Below are positions 50,556 to 62,920 of a stretch of DNA of 64,000 nt, one piece after another. Source of the DNA: Tubulanus polymorphus (lineage: Eukaryota; Animalia; Nemertea). Numbering within the stretch: the first letter of the stretch is position 1; every line of letters begins with the position of its first letter. The notes under the pieces were generated by a model, which had not been told where the DNA came from, ran no database searches, and saw nothing but the letters and a program-made list of their open reading frames with translations. The stretch is from contig NC_134028.1 in the NCBI RefSeq assembly GCF_964204645.1, positions 11,331,263-11,395,262 of the forward strand. The letters are read 5' to 3'. The position numbers and the translations under genes are program-made.

Positions 50556-50645
50556 TTGCTGCTTAGATATCTGCATCATCTGTTGAAATTCGGCGTCGAA
50601 TCGTACTTGGATTTTATTGAAACAAAGTCGCTTACTATTCTACAG
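50556..50645 (+). CDS. NOL11: NOL11 exon 12
   Basis: ttctag acceptor, gtatgg donor; LLLRYLHHLL...LTILQ; 90 nt. Confidence 0.85.
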
Positions 50646-51899
50646 GTATGGGAACTTGGTTGATAAGTAGAGAAAATTGTTTTCCAATAATGATCAAATT
50701 TCCAGCCTGCTTGATCAGTTTCATTAAAGGGCACATGCCCAATAAATTGTACTTTTCGTTATTAATGCCAAATGCTATTTTTCTTTATAAATAATCTGAT
50801 ATCTGACTGATGGAAAAAGGATACTATTTAGCCCTAAATTTGTAATTTATTTATTTTCTTTGTTTACAAAGTTCACCTACAGCCTGCAGTCTGTGCTATT
50901 CTTGGTATCTCTGTGATAAACACAAGCATGTGTGTGCTCTCAGTATGCAGTAGCCTATATGAAATTGATTAAATCAACATCATTTGTTCGCAGCTATATA
51001 GTATCTTTATAGTACACCCACTAATATATATAATATAATATAATATGTTCATATATATAATATAATAATATAATATGTTCATTACCGTATTTTCTGGCTA
51101 ATAAGCCGATTTTCTAGCCCCAGATTTTTACCCTAAAATATCATGATCGGCTTATTGGACGGATACGATCTGACCTAAATAATTTCTTCCCAAACTATGT
51201 CAATCTAATGCTCCTGAAGATCATAAATGGTATTGCTGGACCCTGGTCCATTGACCCATGATGTGAACAAAGAACGGGCAGCAGTCTATTTCGTCATTAG
51301 TCAAGGCTGGAAAATGGGGCTAACATGCTCCAAGAATCCATTGACATTTCAAAATTTGATGCATGAAAATCACCTCAAAATGAGCTATTTAGTATCATGA
51401 TAAATGTGGATTTTCGGCATAGTAGACATTCCATAGCAAAATCCCATTCGTACTTCCCATTTGAAAGACGTGAAATTGTTGTTTGAGTATGGAAAAAGCC
51501 AAATAAACTTATCCAGATTAACATGGTTAGTGTGTATGGTGTATTCGTAGTAGAGCCAGTTGACTTCAACCGCATAGCAAATAGTCAATGTGCATTCTGT
51601 AATTTGCACACCTGTTATTTAATTTTGAAACCCATATATATATATATATATATTCAAGTTCAGTGTGAAAGAATAACATTTTGTCATGGATTAGTTTACT
51701 TATTAATAAGATCGTAAAAAGCATTTTGATAGATTAAGTGCTACTTGATCTTTAATATCATATTATTTCTCTTAGGGTTTACAGGTATAGGTTAATCATG
51801 AATAATGTCCAGATCAGTATTAAGTAGGTTATGTAGGTATGACTAGTGCTAGATTTAAAGAATACTATTGAAATCATTTCTTTTCTCTTTCGATTATAG

Positions 51900-52007
51900 A
51901 TTGTTGATTGGTTGTGTTTATTACTGGATGCTCACTTTGCTCAGTTAATTCTTTCTACTGATGCGAGATCAATTTTGGTAGAACTTCATCAAATCACGGA
52001 GTCGCAG
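51900..52007 (+). CDS. NOL11: NOL11 exon 13
   Basis: IVDWLCLLLDAHFAQL (NOL11/Utp8-type C-terminal motif); donor GTATCCTTT. Confidence 0.92.
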
Positions 52008-52145
52008 GTATCCTTTCCAGCATTGTGTCCAACTCTTAAGCTAATTTACTCTTAAGCTAGTTTCCCCGGCTAGTTTAACCTTTACCTGGCCTGAATAAAC
52101 TAGTGTGACCCTGAACCCCTAGTTTACTCTTCTTCAGTACTATTA

Positions 52146-54136
52146 CAGTCTACCTCAGATGTAACATCATTGGATTTACCGTAGATTCACTCCCCTGTGA
52201 AGCCGAATTTTGAAAAAGGGCCTCGTTAACATTTACATGAGCTTTTTTGCGAAAATCTGAATGCAAAAATATCTGTTTTAAAAAGCCAATCAGAAAGCAA
52301 AGACTCCTCTGTGATTGGCTTAGCGGCAGAGATCAGCAGGTGTTCACATGAACCCACGGTATGTCTACCGTTTTACTTACAGGTTTTATTTTAACCCTTT
52401 AACTGGCAAGTATTTTTCGGCCTATGAGAGATTTTGGACCTTGCAAGGGGAAAATTTAATAACTCAGTAGATATGAGGGATAACCCCATACTGTATGTAT
52501 TTTATGAAAGCTCTTTTCACAAGCTTTCAAATGATACCATGTTTGCGAACTTTGGGTGTTACCTTCAGGGTCTGACTCCAAGGTCACAGATCCCAAGGTC
52601 ATCCAGATTTTTGGGCCACCCATAATAAAAAACTGTCATGAGATTCATCCTAATATGAATTATCATCAGAATCTTTCATTACTATGTCCAAAAGATCAGC
52701 CAAACTCACTAGAGAACGTCTTTCGTGCATTGGCCATTACTACTAACGATATTCTCAATTTTCGAAATCTGACCCACGTGACACGTGGTTTCCATACCCC
52801 CTTCTACATGCCAAATGTATGAAATATCACTTTCCTGCCTTGTTAGACATTGTAGGCCGTCTGGTGTCGCCATCTGCTGATAGGAAAATGAGTTAGAATG
52901 CTTCACTGAAATCAATACTTGACTATTCTATTCACTATAGCTGGTCTATTCAAATCGGTCGCTAGCGACCGATTGCCAGTTAAAGGGTTAAGATCTAAAA
53001 TTGTATTTCAAGATCGATTTCTGTGAAATCTTCAGACGATTTGGTTTTTGGGAGGAATATTTTTATTTGCACTACAGAAAATATCATTGACATTTATGTA
53101 ATGTTCGGGAAAATAGCTTATTCTAAAATCGGATGGATGACCTTGATATGCTAATTAGCCATGTGCTCAAACTGCTAATTCAATAAAATTTTATTCTGCA
53201 AAAAATATCAAATCCAATTCAATTTTATTTACTTGCACAAATTAAACATAAAATCCAATTCAATTTTGTTTTATCGAGCATATATCGGAAAATTCTATTC
53301 TATTCCGCATTCAAATCAATAAGACTGGGAAAAGATTTATCTGAGGTATTGGTTGCTGCCAGCTCCAGTCGTTGTCTGTGCTACTCATGAAAACACGATT
53401 GTATTGTGTAAATTATAGGTATTGTCTCTGAGCTGGGAGTGTATTTTGACAAATATACCCCACAGAATGCATCATTTGCCATTTTATGAACAGCTGACTG
53501 GCTGGCCATAGGGCCCCTTTGGACTTTGTTTCCTTCCATTAGGCCTTAAAAAAAACTCGAATGTACCGTATTTTTTATAACGTAGATCACTTATATCTCA
53601 TGGATTATTTGGTCCCAATTAGTCGAATCAATGTAATTATCCTCGGTGAGAAGAATTATCGATAGTTTCCATGACAACACTTACATAAAGGCATATCATA
53701 GCCCTACACAATATGCTAACAGTAGTCTGTAGTGCCTGTTTCAAAGTGGCACAAAAAACTTTTATCTAACTTCTATTTCTAGTTTACTTTAGTCTATTTT
53801 AGTGTTTTATTTCTTCATAAGATATTTACCCAAAACAGTCAACCAAAAAAGAAATTACGAGGGCGGAAAAAATTATTCATTAATATGAGATCCTTTAGAT
53901 ATAGCCATGGACTTTAGATCCATGATAAGCAGATCGCATTCGCAAACATCGACATGAAACTTGAATGGAATTTCAAGCCACTTAATTCTTCTCTGATTGT
54001 TCAACACATTGAAGTCTTTTTATGCACGCAGGCATGCATGGATATCCCTTGGTTTTAAATGACATTCGGATAAGTTTCTACGGTATATACGTATACCGTA
54101 TTTCGGTTATAAGGTATAAATTATAGAGGTAGACTG
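52146..54136. mobile_element. Tc1/pogo (Tigger-like) non-autonomous element with nested insertions
   Basis: ta-cagtctacctc ... gaggtagactg-ta (11-bp TIR, TA TSD). Confidence 0.6.
52395..52987. mobile_element. piggyBac-type MITE
   Basis: TTAA-ccctttaactggcaa ... ttgccagttaaaggg-TTAA; the empty site ttttaagatctaaaa is seen in the family C copy near 47457. Confidence 0.9.
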
Positions 54137-54175
54137 TAGTTGATATTGAACTAATCAATAATCATCTCATTTTAG

Positions 54176-54298
54176 GTTGTGTTCTACAGTGAGTTGGTTA
54201 CACTGGAAACATTACTTCAACAACTCAAGAAAAATTGTACGATACCAACGAAAAAGAATGCCGGTCTTTACAACATCCATATACTTCATATTCCTTGA
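54176..54298 (+). CDS. NOL11: NOL11 exon 14 (last coding exon)
   Basis: tttag acceptor; VVFYSELVTLETLL...GLYNIHILHIP*; resembles vertebrate YSEL...GLYSIEVL (recalled). Confidence 0.9.
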   Translation, partial: VVFYSELVTLETLLQQLKKNCTIPTKKNAGLYNIHILHIP

Positions 54299-56339
54299 TC
54301 TTTCTTTTAGCCAATAGATATCCATACATGATATTTCTTCGTTTTGTTGGTTTGGAAATTCAGGTTGAGGCTAACTAAAAAATCTGTTTGATGTACTTTC
54401 TTGAAATTCAGTGGGTCAATAGGTCAATATTTCTAGCCTATTTCAGTGGATAATTGCATTTATTTTAGGGCAGCCGTAGGCTGAGCTATTACTCTACAAA
54501 TTGAGCAAATTTAAATGACATTGTTTCCAGAGCAAAGGCCCTTTGACTATGCAACTGAGCATATATGCATACAAATCATTCATTAAAGCAATATCCATTC
54601 TCCAAATCCTAGCGAGCTGAATTTTGAATAAGGGTGGCGGGTCTCGTTAAAACTTTAATGACCTTTTTCGCGAAAATCTGAACGCAAAATTGTTGGTTTT
54701 AAAAAGTCAATCACAAGGCAAATTCCTCCATAATTGGTTTAGCCACAGAAATCAGCAGGTGTTCGTCTACTGTTTTACTTCCGGGTATTATTTTAAGATT
54801 AAAAATTTTATATCAAGATCGATTTCTGTGAAATTTTTAGTTGATTTGGTTTTTGGGAGGAATAATTTTATTTAGACTACAGAAAATATCATTGACAATT
54901 ATGCAGTCGTGGAAAATAGCTTTTTCTCAAATCGGATGAATGACCTGTATATACTAATTAGCCATGTGCTCAAACTGTAAATTCAATCAAATTTTATTCT
55001 GGAAATGTATAAAATCCAATTCAATTTAACTTTATTGAACTAATATAACATCCAATTCAATTTGGTTTTATTGAGCAAATTTTGGAAAAAACAATTCAAT
55101 TCTATTTCGCATTCAAATCAATAAGACCAATGGAAAGATTGATCTGATGTATTTGTTCCTGCCTGCTCCCTGTCTGTGCTACTTATGAAAAGATGATTGT
55201 AATGTGTAAATTATAGGCCGACTCAGTCGGAGCTGGGAGTGTATGTTGACAAATATAACCCACAGAATGCATCATTTGCCAGTTTATTTAAAGCTGACAG
55301 GGTGCCATAGTGCCCCTTGGGGCTCTTGTTTCTTACAAGTTTTCAATGCTTTTTCATATATTGTCTTGGCATTTGGTTTGTTCTTGTATCTACCCTGGTC
55401 AGATCTGTGGCCTAAAATTTAGCCTGATTAGAATCAAGGGAATTAGATCAGGACCTTCGTTTAGCCTAGGTGGAAAGCTTTCCAAGTTTGATTGTTTTTA
55501 GAAAAATTGCTATATAGAAATTCATATGGCCTGGGCAAGACGCTCTTAATGCTGGGAACCTGATGGTATCGTAGTCTCGACCACAACACGGAACCGGGTG
55601 CGCACGTTTAAGCCAGTTCCATGAGAACCGCTGCTATGTAGTGAAGAAAATGACAATTTTATCATTTTTCATTTCATACTTTAGCAGGACCCGCGAAAGA
55701 ATGGCCATTTCGTAATTTCTTACTTTAGAAGGGCCTGATGTTAGTAAAAGTCATTGATGTTGTCAATAAAGTTTATTAGGGTTCATACCTATGTTCTATA
55801 TTTCCCGGGTCCTTTATTCCCCCAAGGGAAATTATACAAAAAGGGGTTCTTTTTATTCCCCGAGTCCGATGTTTCCGGGTTCTATATTATTCCCCTGGTA
55901 ATATATATCCCCACGGCAGATTATGGAAAATGTACAAAAAGGTCCTTTGTTCTCATGACCACACACACTAAATTTTGGCGCTGGCTATTGAGAGCATGAT
56001 AGAGGGCCAGCAGGCTGCCGAACCTGAAATGCAACCAATGTTAGTCGATGATGTGGAAAATCGGCACTATCTTCATTTTTGTTTATTTCATTGAATGAAA
56101 CGACATGAATCACAATAAAAAATTGCCCGGGCAAGTCTAAAAGCATTTTTACAGTTTGACGTAACTACTGCATGAATTACCGTGATCGATCGATATCGTC
56201 ATCTCGAACTGATCTCGTTCAGTTCTCGCTGTAGCAAAAAATTAAAAGCAACCTTGTCTGTATCAAATTTATAGTATTTTAGCTAATAAATGTTACAATT
56301 GATGGAATATTATTAAAAGCATGGGTATGGACGCTCCGG

Positions 56340-59067
56340 TCAACCTTTTTATTATTTGGAAAATATTGTAGAGTTGAATTCCGTAGAAACGATGAAACGA
56401 ACGACACACAACACAACGATCTCTGACGATACATAAACGATAGGTCGATCGTTTAGACAAGATTCAATCTCTATTAATACCATATACAATTCTACAACAG
56501 AAACCGACGTTATACTAGTACTTTTTTCAGACACATTTTTTGTTAGACCGATCATGCGTTCCCAGAAGCCTCCGTGCCAAGGCACTCGCTTGGTTATGAA
56601 TTTCCAGTCCACTTGACTTGAAGTTAAATACTGGGGAACTTTTGAGTCTAAATCTGCTTTAATCCAGTATGGGCACCGACGAAGGTAGAGGCATCATCGG
56701 ACACGGGCATCCTTGGCGCCGAGCGTCTGGCAGCAAAATGTCTGAAAGCGAATGAAAATTCTTCGGCAGTAGCATTGTTAACTATTTCAATATGAATGGC
56801 TCGTGTCACAGCATAAGTAAATAAACAGATCGAACACTTTTTACCACTTTCACAGTAAGATGTCCGCAATAGTCCACGCCTGTATAAGTAAATACAAGCG
56901 AATCTGCAACTCTACACGACGGTAAAGGCGGTGGATCAGGCAAAATGTATGGTCGACCCTGTAATCAACGACAAGTGACACAACGACGCGTTTGATGTTT
57001 AATATACTGACATAATTGAGGTACCCAAAATTTCTCTCTTATTTTGGCAACAGTTGTCGCAATCCCGAAATGAAATACAGCTACATGGGCACTACGAGCA
57101 ATTAAGTCGGATAAAAGCGTGTTCTTTGTAATCAAAGCTGGGTGTTTAGTCTCAAACAGCAAATTCGTGCATCTTACGTTTTTCAAAAAGCGTAGAACTG
57201 AAGCAGTAATACGAAAGAGCTTGGTTATAGACGAATATTCGTGAATATCTATCACTTGATCGATATTCTAACTATATTCCGAATTCTTAACGTTTGTTAC
57301 ATAAGAATCGACAGAAGCACAAATTGATTCGCCATGCTGGTTAGCAAGGGGAAGTCTCGAAACATCATCAATGAGCCAAATAGGACCTTTATGCCACAAA
57401 TTGTTTTCTTTAAATTGGATAGCTGTACATCCCCGTGACACAACAGATCAGTTGGATTGGAACTGGAAGGCCAGTAATACCAAATATCGGCTGGTAAAAT
57501 TCCCTTTATTTCCTTTACTAGATTCGTCACAAAGACCGGTAACTTTTTATCAGAACGTAGCCAGCCTAACACAATCTGACTGTCGCTCCATGCAAAAACT
57601 GGAATTGGGCGAGTGACCGCGATAGCGAGAGACTTTCTAACGTTTTCGACTAATCGCGCTCATGACAGCACTCATTAATTCTAATTTAGGAACTGTCTAT
57701 TCCTTAACAGGGGCTACTCTAGATTTAGCCTGACAACAGAACAGTCAACAAAACATCGAACATAGGTGACTGCACCGTAATCTACTGTACTGCTATCACA
57801 AGACACGTGCAATTCAAGATGTGTTTCAAACGTGATGGATTTCAGAACAATACGTGGGAATTTCATACGCAGAATTTCATGGAAATCAGAAATAATATCT
57901 CGCCACAAGTCACGAATTTCAACAGGTAATGGTTCATCCCACCCGAATTCCTGTTTCCAAAGTTTCTGGAAAAGTAACTTAGCACGAACCGTAACAGGAA
58001 CTAACCAGCCTTAACGGATCATATAGAGGCCGTTTTGTGCATTATTATACGTTTGGTTAGTAAATTCTGATCAGTTGAAAGATTACGAAAGACGAACCCC
58101 AATTGGTCGTTCTCAATATTCCAATTGAAACCAAATATTGTGACCAGATTGGAACTTTCTGAAACGTTCTGTTCAGTAGCAACATCTTGTAATAATACTG
58201 AATTAGACGACCAGCATCTTAAGTTAAAATTCACCTCCGACAGACGCTGACGACAGGATTTGTGAAAGAAGTGCAGAGCTTCCTCATCGGAACAAACGCT
58301 GGACACGATATCGTCGACGTACGTATATCTCTCAACAATTGTTGAGATAGAATGCAATCGTTCATCTTCAAATGATATATAATCGCACTGTTTAACAGAA
58401 ATGGCGAGCAAGTCGCGCCGAATAGTACTCTTAAAAAAATCGGGTGGCGTCACGCTCAGAAGGATGTAATAATTTTCAATGTCAGCTGGCACAATACCGC
58501 ACTGAAAAAGCCTAAATCGCATAATTATAGAACTCTAGGCATTGATTAATGATAGTCCCGAATCCAAACAATCATTCAACGGAGGTGACGATTTTGACTG
58601 GTGACTACTGCAATCAAATACAATGCGCATCGGTGTAGTGGCTGATTCACGAAAAACGGGATGACGCGGAATATAGTGTTCAATATTACTAATTAATGAA
58701 GGATCTTCTACTAGCTCAATGAAACCTCTGTTCATCTGGTCATTTATATTGCCATTGTATTTTTCTAATAACCCAGGAGTCTTAGATATAATACGCAACA
58801 AACCGTAGAACGAGTTCTAGCTCTAGCTACAGCATAATTAGTGGGCAAATCGCAGTGATTATCTTTCCAAGGTAGTCTTACATAATAGATACCATCCTCA
58901 AACTCAATAGATGAACTTTAAAATTCATCTAAGAAACTGATTTCAGTGGAGGATGCACTCTCAATCCCTAGCGTCTCTAAGGACCAAAAATTTCGAAGAT
59001 CGGTTATATCTGGTTCAGCTAAAACGTGTAACGTCTGAACACATTCTTGCTTCTCGAGAGGACTGTT
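56340..59067 (-). mobile_element. Decayed BEL/Pao retrotransposon pol, truncated at the 59068 palindrome
   Basis: FWSLETLGI, YYVRLPWK, TTPMRIVFDCS, LNDCLDSG, YVDD, LHVSCDSS, TRAIHIE and PWHGGFWERMIG; many stops and frameshifts. Confidence 0.93.
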
Positions 59068-59157
59068 AGTAAGGGGGAAATAGTTGTTCTATACTAAAGG
59101 TCGGGTCGAGCAAGCTCAACTCAACCTTTGATATAAAACAACTATTTCCCCCTTACT
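59068..59157. repeat. Imperfect palindrome (44-bp arms, 2-nt loop) at the start of the AT-rich region
   Basis: agtaagggggaaatagttgttctatactaaaggtcgggtcgagc-aa-gctcaactcaacctttgatataaaacaactatttcccccttact; 38 of 44 positions pair. Confidence 0.95.
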
Positions 59158-59380
59158 TTCAGTACTATATGTGTTAAATCAGAGAATACATAAATCTAAA
59201 TGTGTTAAATTCTTGATTTTAACATAAAAAGTAACGAGTAATTAACAAGTGAAAACTTGCGTCGAGAAATCAGTGAATATATTAATATTTAAATGTGTTT
59301 AATTCTTGATTTTAACACATTTAACGAGTAATTAACGAGTTGAAAGAAATATCAATTTTAATAAAAAATTTGATATTAAA

Positions 59381-59674
59381 ATGGAAGCAAATAAGTACTA
59401 CTGTCCGACATGTAAAATCAATATAGATAAATCTAAAAAATCAAGACACAATAAAACTAAATCTCACTTAGAGAATAAATTAAAGTTAGAATATAAAGAT
59501 GAAATATTAGAAAATAAATTAGATGAATTAAAGAATGAAAAAGAAATATATAAATGTGATACATGTAATCAATCATTCAGTGAAAAAAGATGTCATAAAG
59601 AACATTTTAAGTCTAAAACTCATATTAGAAATATGAGTAATGAGTTAAATAATATAAAAGATGACGAGTACTGA
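59381..59674 (+). CDS. Small protein with two C2H2/matrin-like zinc fingers
   Basis: YYCPTCKINIDKSKKSRHNKTKSH and YKCDTCNQSFSEKRCHKEHFKSKTH. Confidence 0.8.
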   Translation: MEANKYYCPTCKINIDKSKKSRHNKTKSHLENKLKLEYKDEILENKLDELKNEKEIYKCDTCNQSFSEKRCHKEHFKSKTHIRNMSNELNNIKDDEY

Positions 59675-59710
59675 AGAAAATATCAGTTTTAATAAAAAAA
59701 TGACTTATAA

Positions 59711-60282
59711 ATGAATGAACAGATACTACAGTTCAAAGATATCGATCTAAATGAATTAGAAAAATATTTTACAATTAAAAATTTCATTCCTATTAAAGAT
59801 TTGATTAAAATTGCACGCTTCCGTTTTCAAGTGAAAAATATTACTGAATTAATGTTTAAAAATTATTATCTAATGATAGAGTTATCGAATGATAAAGATA
59901 AAATCTTATTCAATACAATAATTCCAAAATTCACAACATAGAAGAAATAGATAAATATTTAATAATTACAGATGAAATACAATCACTTTTTAATAATGAA
60001 AATTCAGATAAATCATTATTTCTACACTTACGTTTTTGTCCTTTCAGAGAATGCTATGTAATGTTTTTCAGAGTAGAAGAGAAAAGATTCATCCCCGACT
60101 TTCCAAATGAAAAATCATTCAAAGATGTTGCAGTTCAATGTAACTTAGAGAATAAAATCGAAACACCTAAATATGAACCTAATGAAGTGTTATGTAATTG
60201 TGGAAAATATTATACTCGAAGCAATAAATCACACCATCTTAAATCAAAATATCATAACTCAAAAATAATAATTCAACTCTAA
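59711..60282 (+). pseudogene. Probable single ORF frameshifted near 59935, with a C-terminal CxCG..H..H zinc finger
   Basis: The frame of 60061-60282 is open upstream (IEEIDKYLIITDEIQSLF...). It ends VLCNCGKYYTRSNKSHHLKSKYH, a finger style I associate with virophage, Polinton and giant-virus small proteins. Confidence 0.65.
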
Positions 60283-60325
60283 TTATTTGATATTTTATAA
60301 ACTGTTTAATTTTTTTCTTAAATAA

Positions 60326-60490
60326 ATGGAAGATTTCAGCATTCCAATTGGGAAAAGTGATTTGAAGCATTATCTTTTAGCAGGAGGGTTAATATTGGCT
60401 GCATTATATTTCTATAATGAAATTATCAGTAAAGATTTGATGAATGAAAATATAAAATTGAGTAAGAAATTAAAAATTAAATGGAAATAA
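60326..60490 (+). CDS. 54-aa putative single-pass membrane protein
   Basis: ATAAATG start; MEDFSIPIGKSDLKHYLLAGGLILAALYFYNEIISK...; below the ORF-track size cutoff. Confidence 0.45.
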   Translation: MEDFSIPIGKSDLKHYLLAGGLILAALYFYNEIISKDLMNENIKLSKKLKIKWK

Positions 60491-61129
60491 AAATAACAAA
60501 AAAGTTATTGAATCAGATTAGTGAATTAATCGAATAATTAATTAAATGAGTGAAAATATATTAGATTTATTACACCTTATTTAAAGAAATCAACAGAATA
60601 TTAAATCTTAAATTTTACAGGTTTATTTTCATTCTCAGTTTACTCATTGAAACAGATGTTAGAATTCTATGATAATTGCAAGATTAGATATACAGAATTA
60701 AAAGATAACGTAAATTATATTTCAGATCGAATAAATAATATTAAGTGTTGTGAAATATGCAATAAAGATATAAAAATAAAAAGAGTTTAAGGAATCATAA
60801 ATATATTCATGAACTTGATGAAAAATTACATAATTCAAATTAAGTTTGATGATGAAAAAGATTAATTTCTATTTACATATTGATGGATGAGTGGATGAAT
60901 TGGAAGAATTGGATGAAAGGATGAGTGTGGATGAGTGTAATAATATATAATTTACATATGTTTTTTTATTTTTAAAACAGTAAGAGTTTGATTTTAAGTT
61001 ATTTTATCAATTTTATACTATATTTAAATATTATTTTAATAAAATATATATATATATTGTTAAATTTAATATAGAATACAAATATTATATTTATACTCAT
61101 ACTATTCTTCCAATTCATGTGTTAAAAAG

Positions 61130-61131
<2 letters not shown>

Positions 61132-61210
<79 letters not shown>
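61132..61210. repeat. (TA)n microsatellite
   Basis: About 40 TA units. Confidence 0.98.
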
Positions 61211-61214
<4 letters not shown>

Positions 61215-61228
61215 ATTTTATAAATTTA

Positions 61229-62473
61229 CTAGCTGAATACCCGTCCAATGGACGGCTTTGTCGTTGCGCATGGTTGTATTGGTCGTGAGCACACCACCTC
61301 GGCACATAAATCCTGCATCCTGCATTTTGCTTATGAAATACATTCATTTTAATTGGAAATGAATCTAAATGCTTCAAATGTTCAGAGTTCTTTCAACCGC
61401 CCCCACACCTGCGCTCCCCTACCCCGTCTGACCTGTCTGTGGTACAAAACCATTTGTTCAAATAACTAACCGTAGATAACCGGCCCCAGCGGTTTTTAGG
61501 CCCCCTCTTTCTTGTGTGAGCACTTACTATATTGACCACACCACCCGTACGTTCATTTAAAAGCCCCTCCATTCAACCAACGAATTGCATGATATCATGC
61601 TTAACTTGTGGGACTGCCATTAATTGAAAAAATACCAAGGTACGGTAATCGCTCGACGATGATATTAGGATTCGGTATTTTGTATCACTGTTTGACATTT
61701 TTTTTTTATATCGTATATTCATACATTTTGCAAGAGAGCGTTAGAAAATACGTACCTTTTTCTTTGACCCCCTCCCCGTACGAAGTTACTACCGGTACAT
61801 TATTTGTTACCCCTCCCCAAAAAACCGTATGTACTATTTGAACGCTCTTTTATAAAATCTACCACCAACGCACGCATCCGCAGCCCCCAGAGCCATTCCG
61901 AGAGGCTGCGTTTGGGCCTCCCTATTTGCCGGTAACCTGTATGTGGTATGGAACCATTCTGAAAAACTACGCAATGGGCCTGTCCCCCTCTAAGAACCAT
62001 TCTGAGACGCTGCATATGGGTGGGCAACACGGTCAGAACATCGCTAAAAATTCCAATCATATTAATTTTGATCCAAAGATTGTGTGAATGAATGTTTTAA
62101 CCAATGGTTTAAACACCCGAAATTCATAACTGAGGCACAAATCACAGTGTTGAGAGAACTGTACTGTCGTACTGTTCTGATGCTGCGTTGTGTATCCTAA
62201 GTCGGTCAGGTCAGTAAATTACTATAGTACTACTACAGAAGCATAGTACGGTACTTTACTGTTAGATGGCGAACACATCTTTTTTAACCAAATTTCAGCC
62301 CGGGCCTAAAATGAATATTGTGACTCCCTCGGACAACCAATCTGTTTAAAACATGTAACTTGACGACGGGAAAAACTGGTATTAAGCATCAGTAAAAGGA
62401 CGTTTCAATACATGCATTAATTTCCCTACAATGTGTCGCGGTAAATACCGTCCGTTCTGCTTTATAGTATAGA
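61229..62473 (-). mobile_element. Non-autonomous canonical Helitron
   Basis: Minus strand starts TC and ends with hairpin CCGTCC-ATT-GGACGG followed by CTAG; inserted at A|T; higher GC than its flanks. Confidence 0.88.
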
Positions 62474-62564
62474 TATTCATAAGGAATAAATAATATGTTT
62501 TCACTTAGTAAAAATAAAAAATAGATTCTATTATAACTATTTATATAAATAGTTTTATCATATA

Positions 62565-62920
62565 TATTTCTGTTTCAATATTTATTTATCTCACAGATTT
62601 ATTATATATATTTGGAAAAGTATAAATATTATTATTGAAACAGTAATATATAATAAATCTGTGTGATAAATAAATATTATTATTGAAACAGTAATATATA
62701 ATAAATCTGTGTGATAAATGAATATTATTATTGAAACTGTAATATATAATAAATCTATCAGATGAATGAATATTACTATTGAAACTGTAATATATAAAAT
62801 ATATTAGTTGAAATGTATGAAAATGAGTAAATTATATTTATGTTAAACAGGGGTTGAGATATCAATGTATTAAATACGTAGTTAAACAGGGGTTGAGATA
62901 TCAATGTATTAAATACGTAT
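62565..62920. repeat. About 48-bp tandem array (4 units) with one inverted unit, then a 39-bp duplication
   Basis: tattattattgaaac(a/t)gtaatatataataaatct repeated 62626-62797; inverted copy near 62565-62610; gttaaacaggggttgagatatcaatgtattaaatacgta x2. Confidence 0.9.

Noticed and set aside
231-59157. The two palindromes as the ends of one 59-kb element
   Set aside because: The AT-rich sequence lies outside both palindromes, the arms differ in length, and the interval holds an ordinary host gene.
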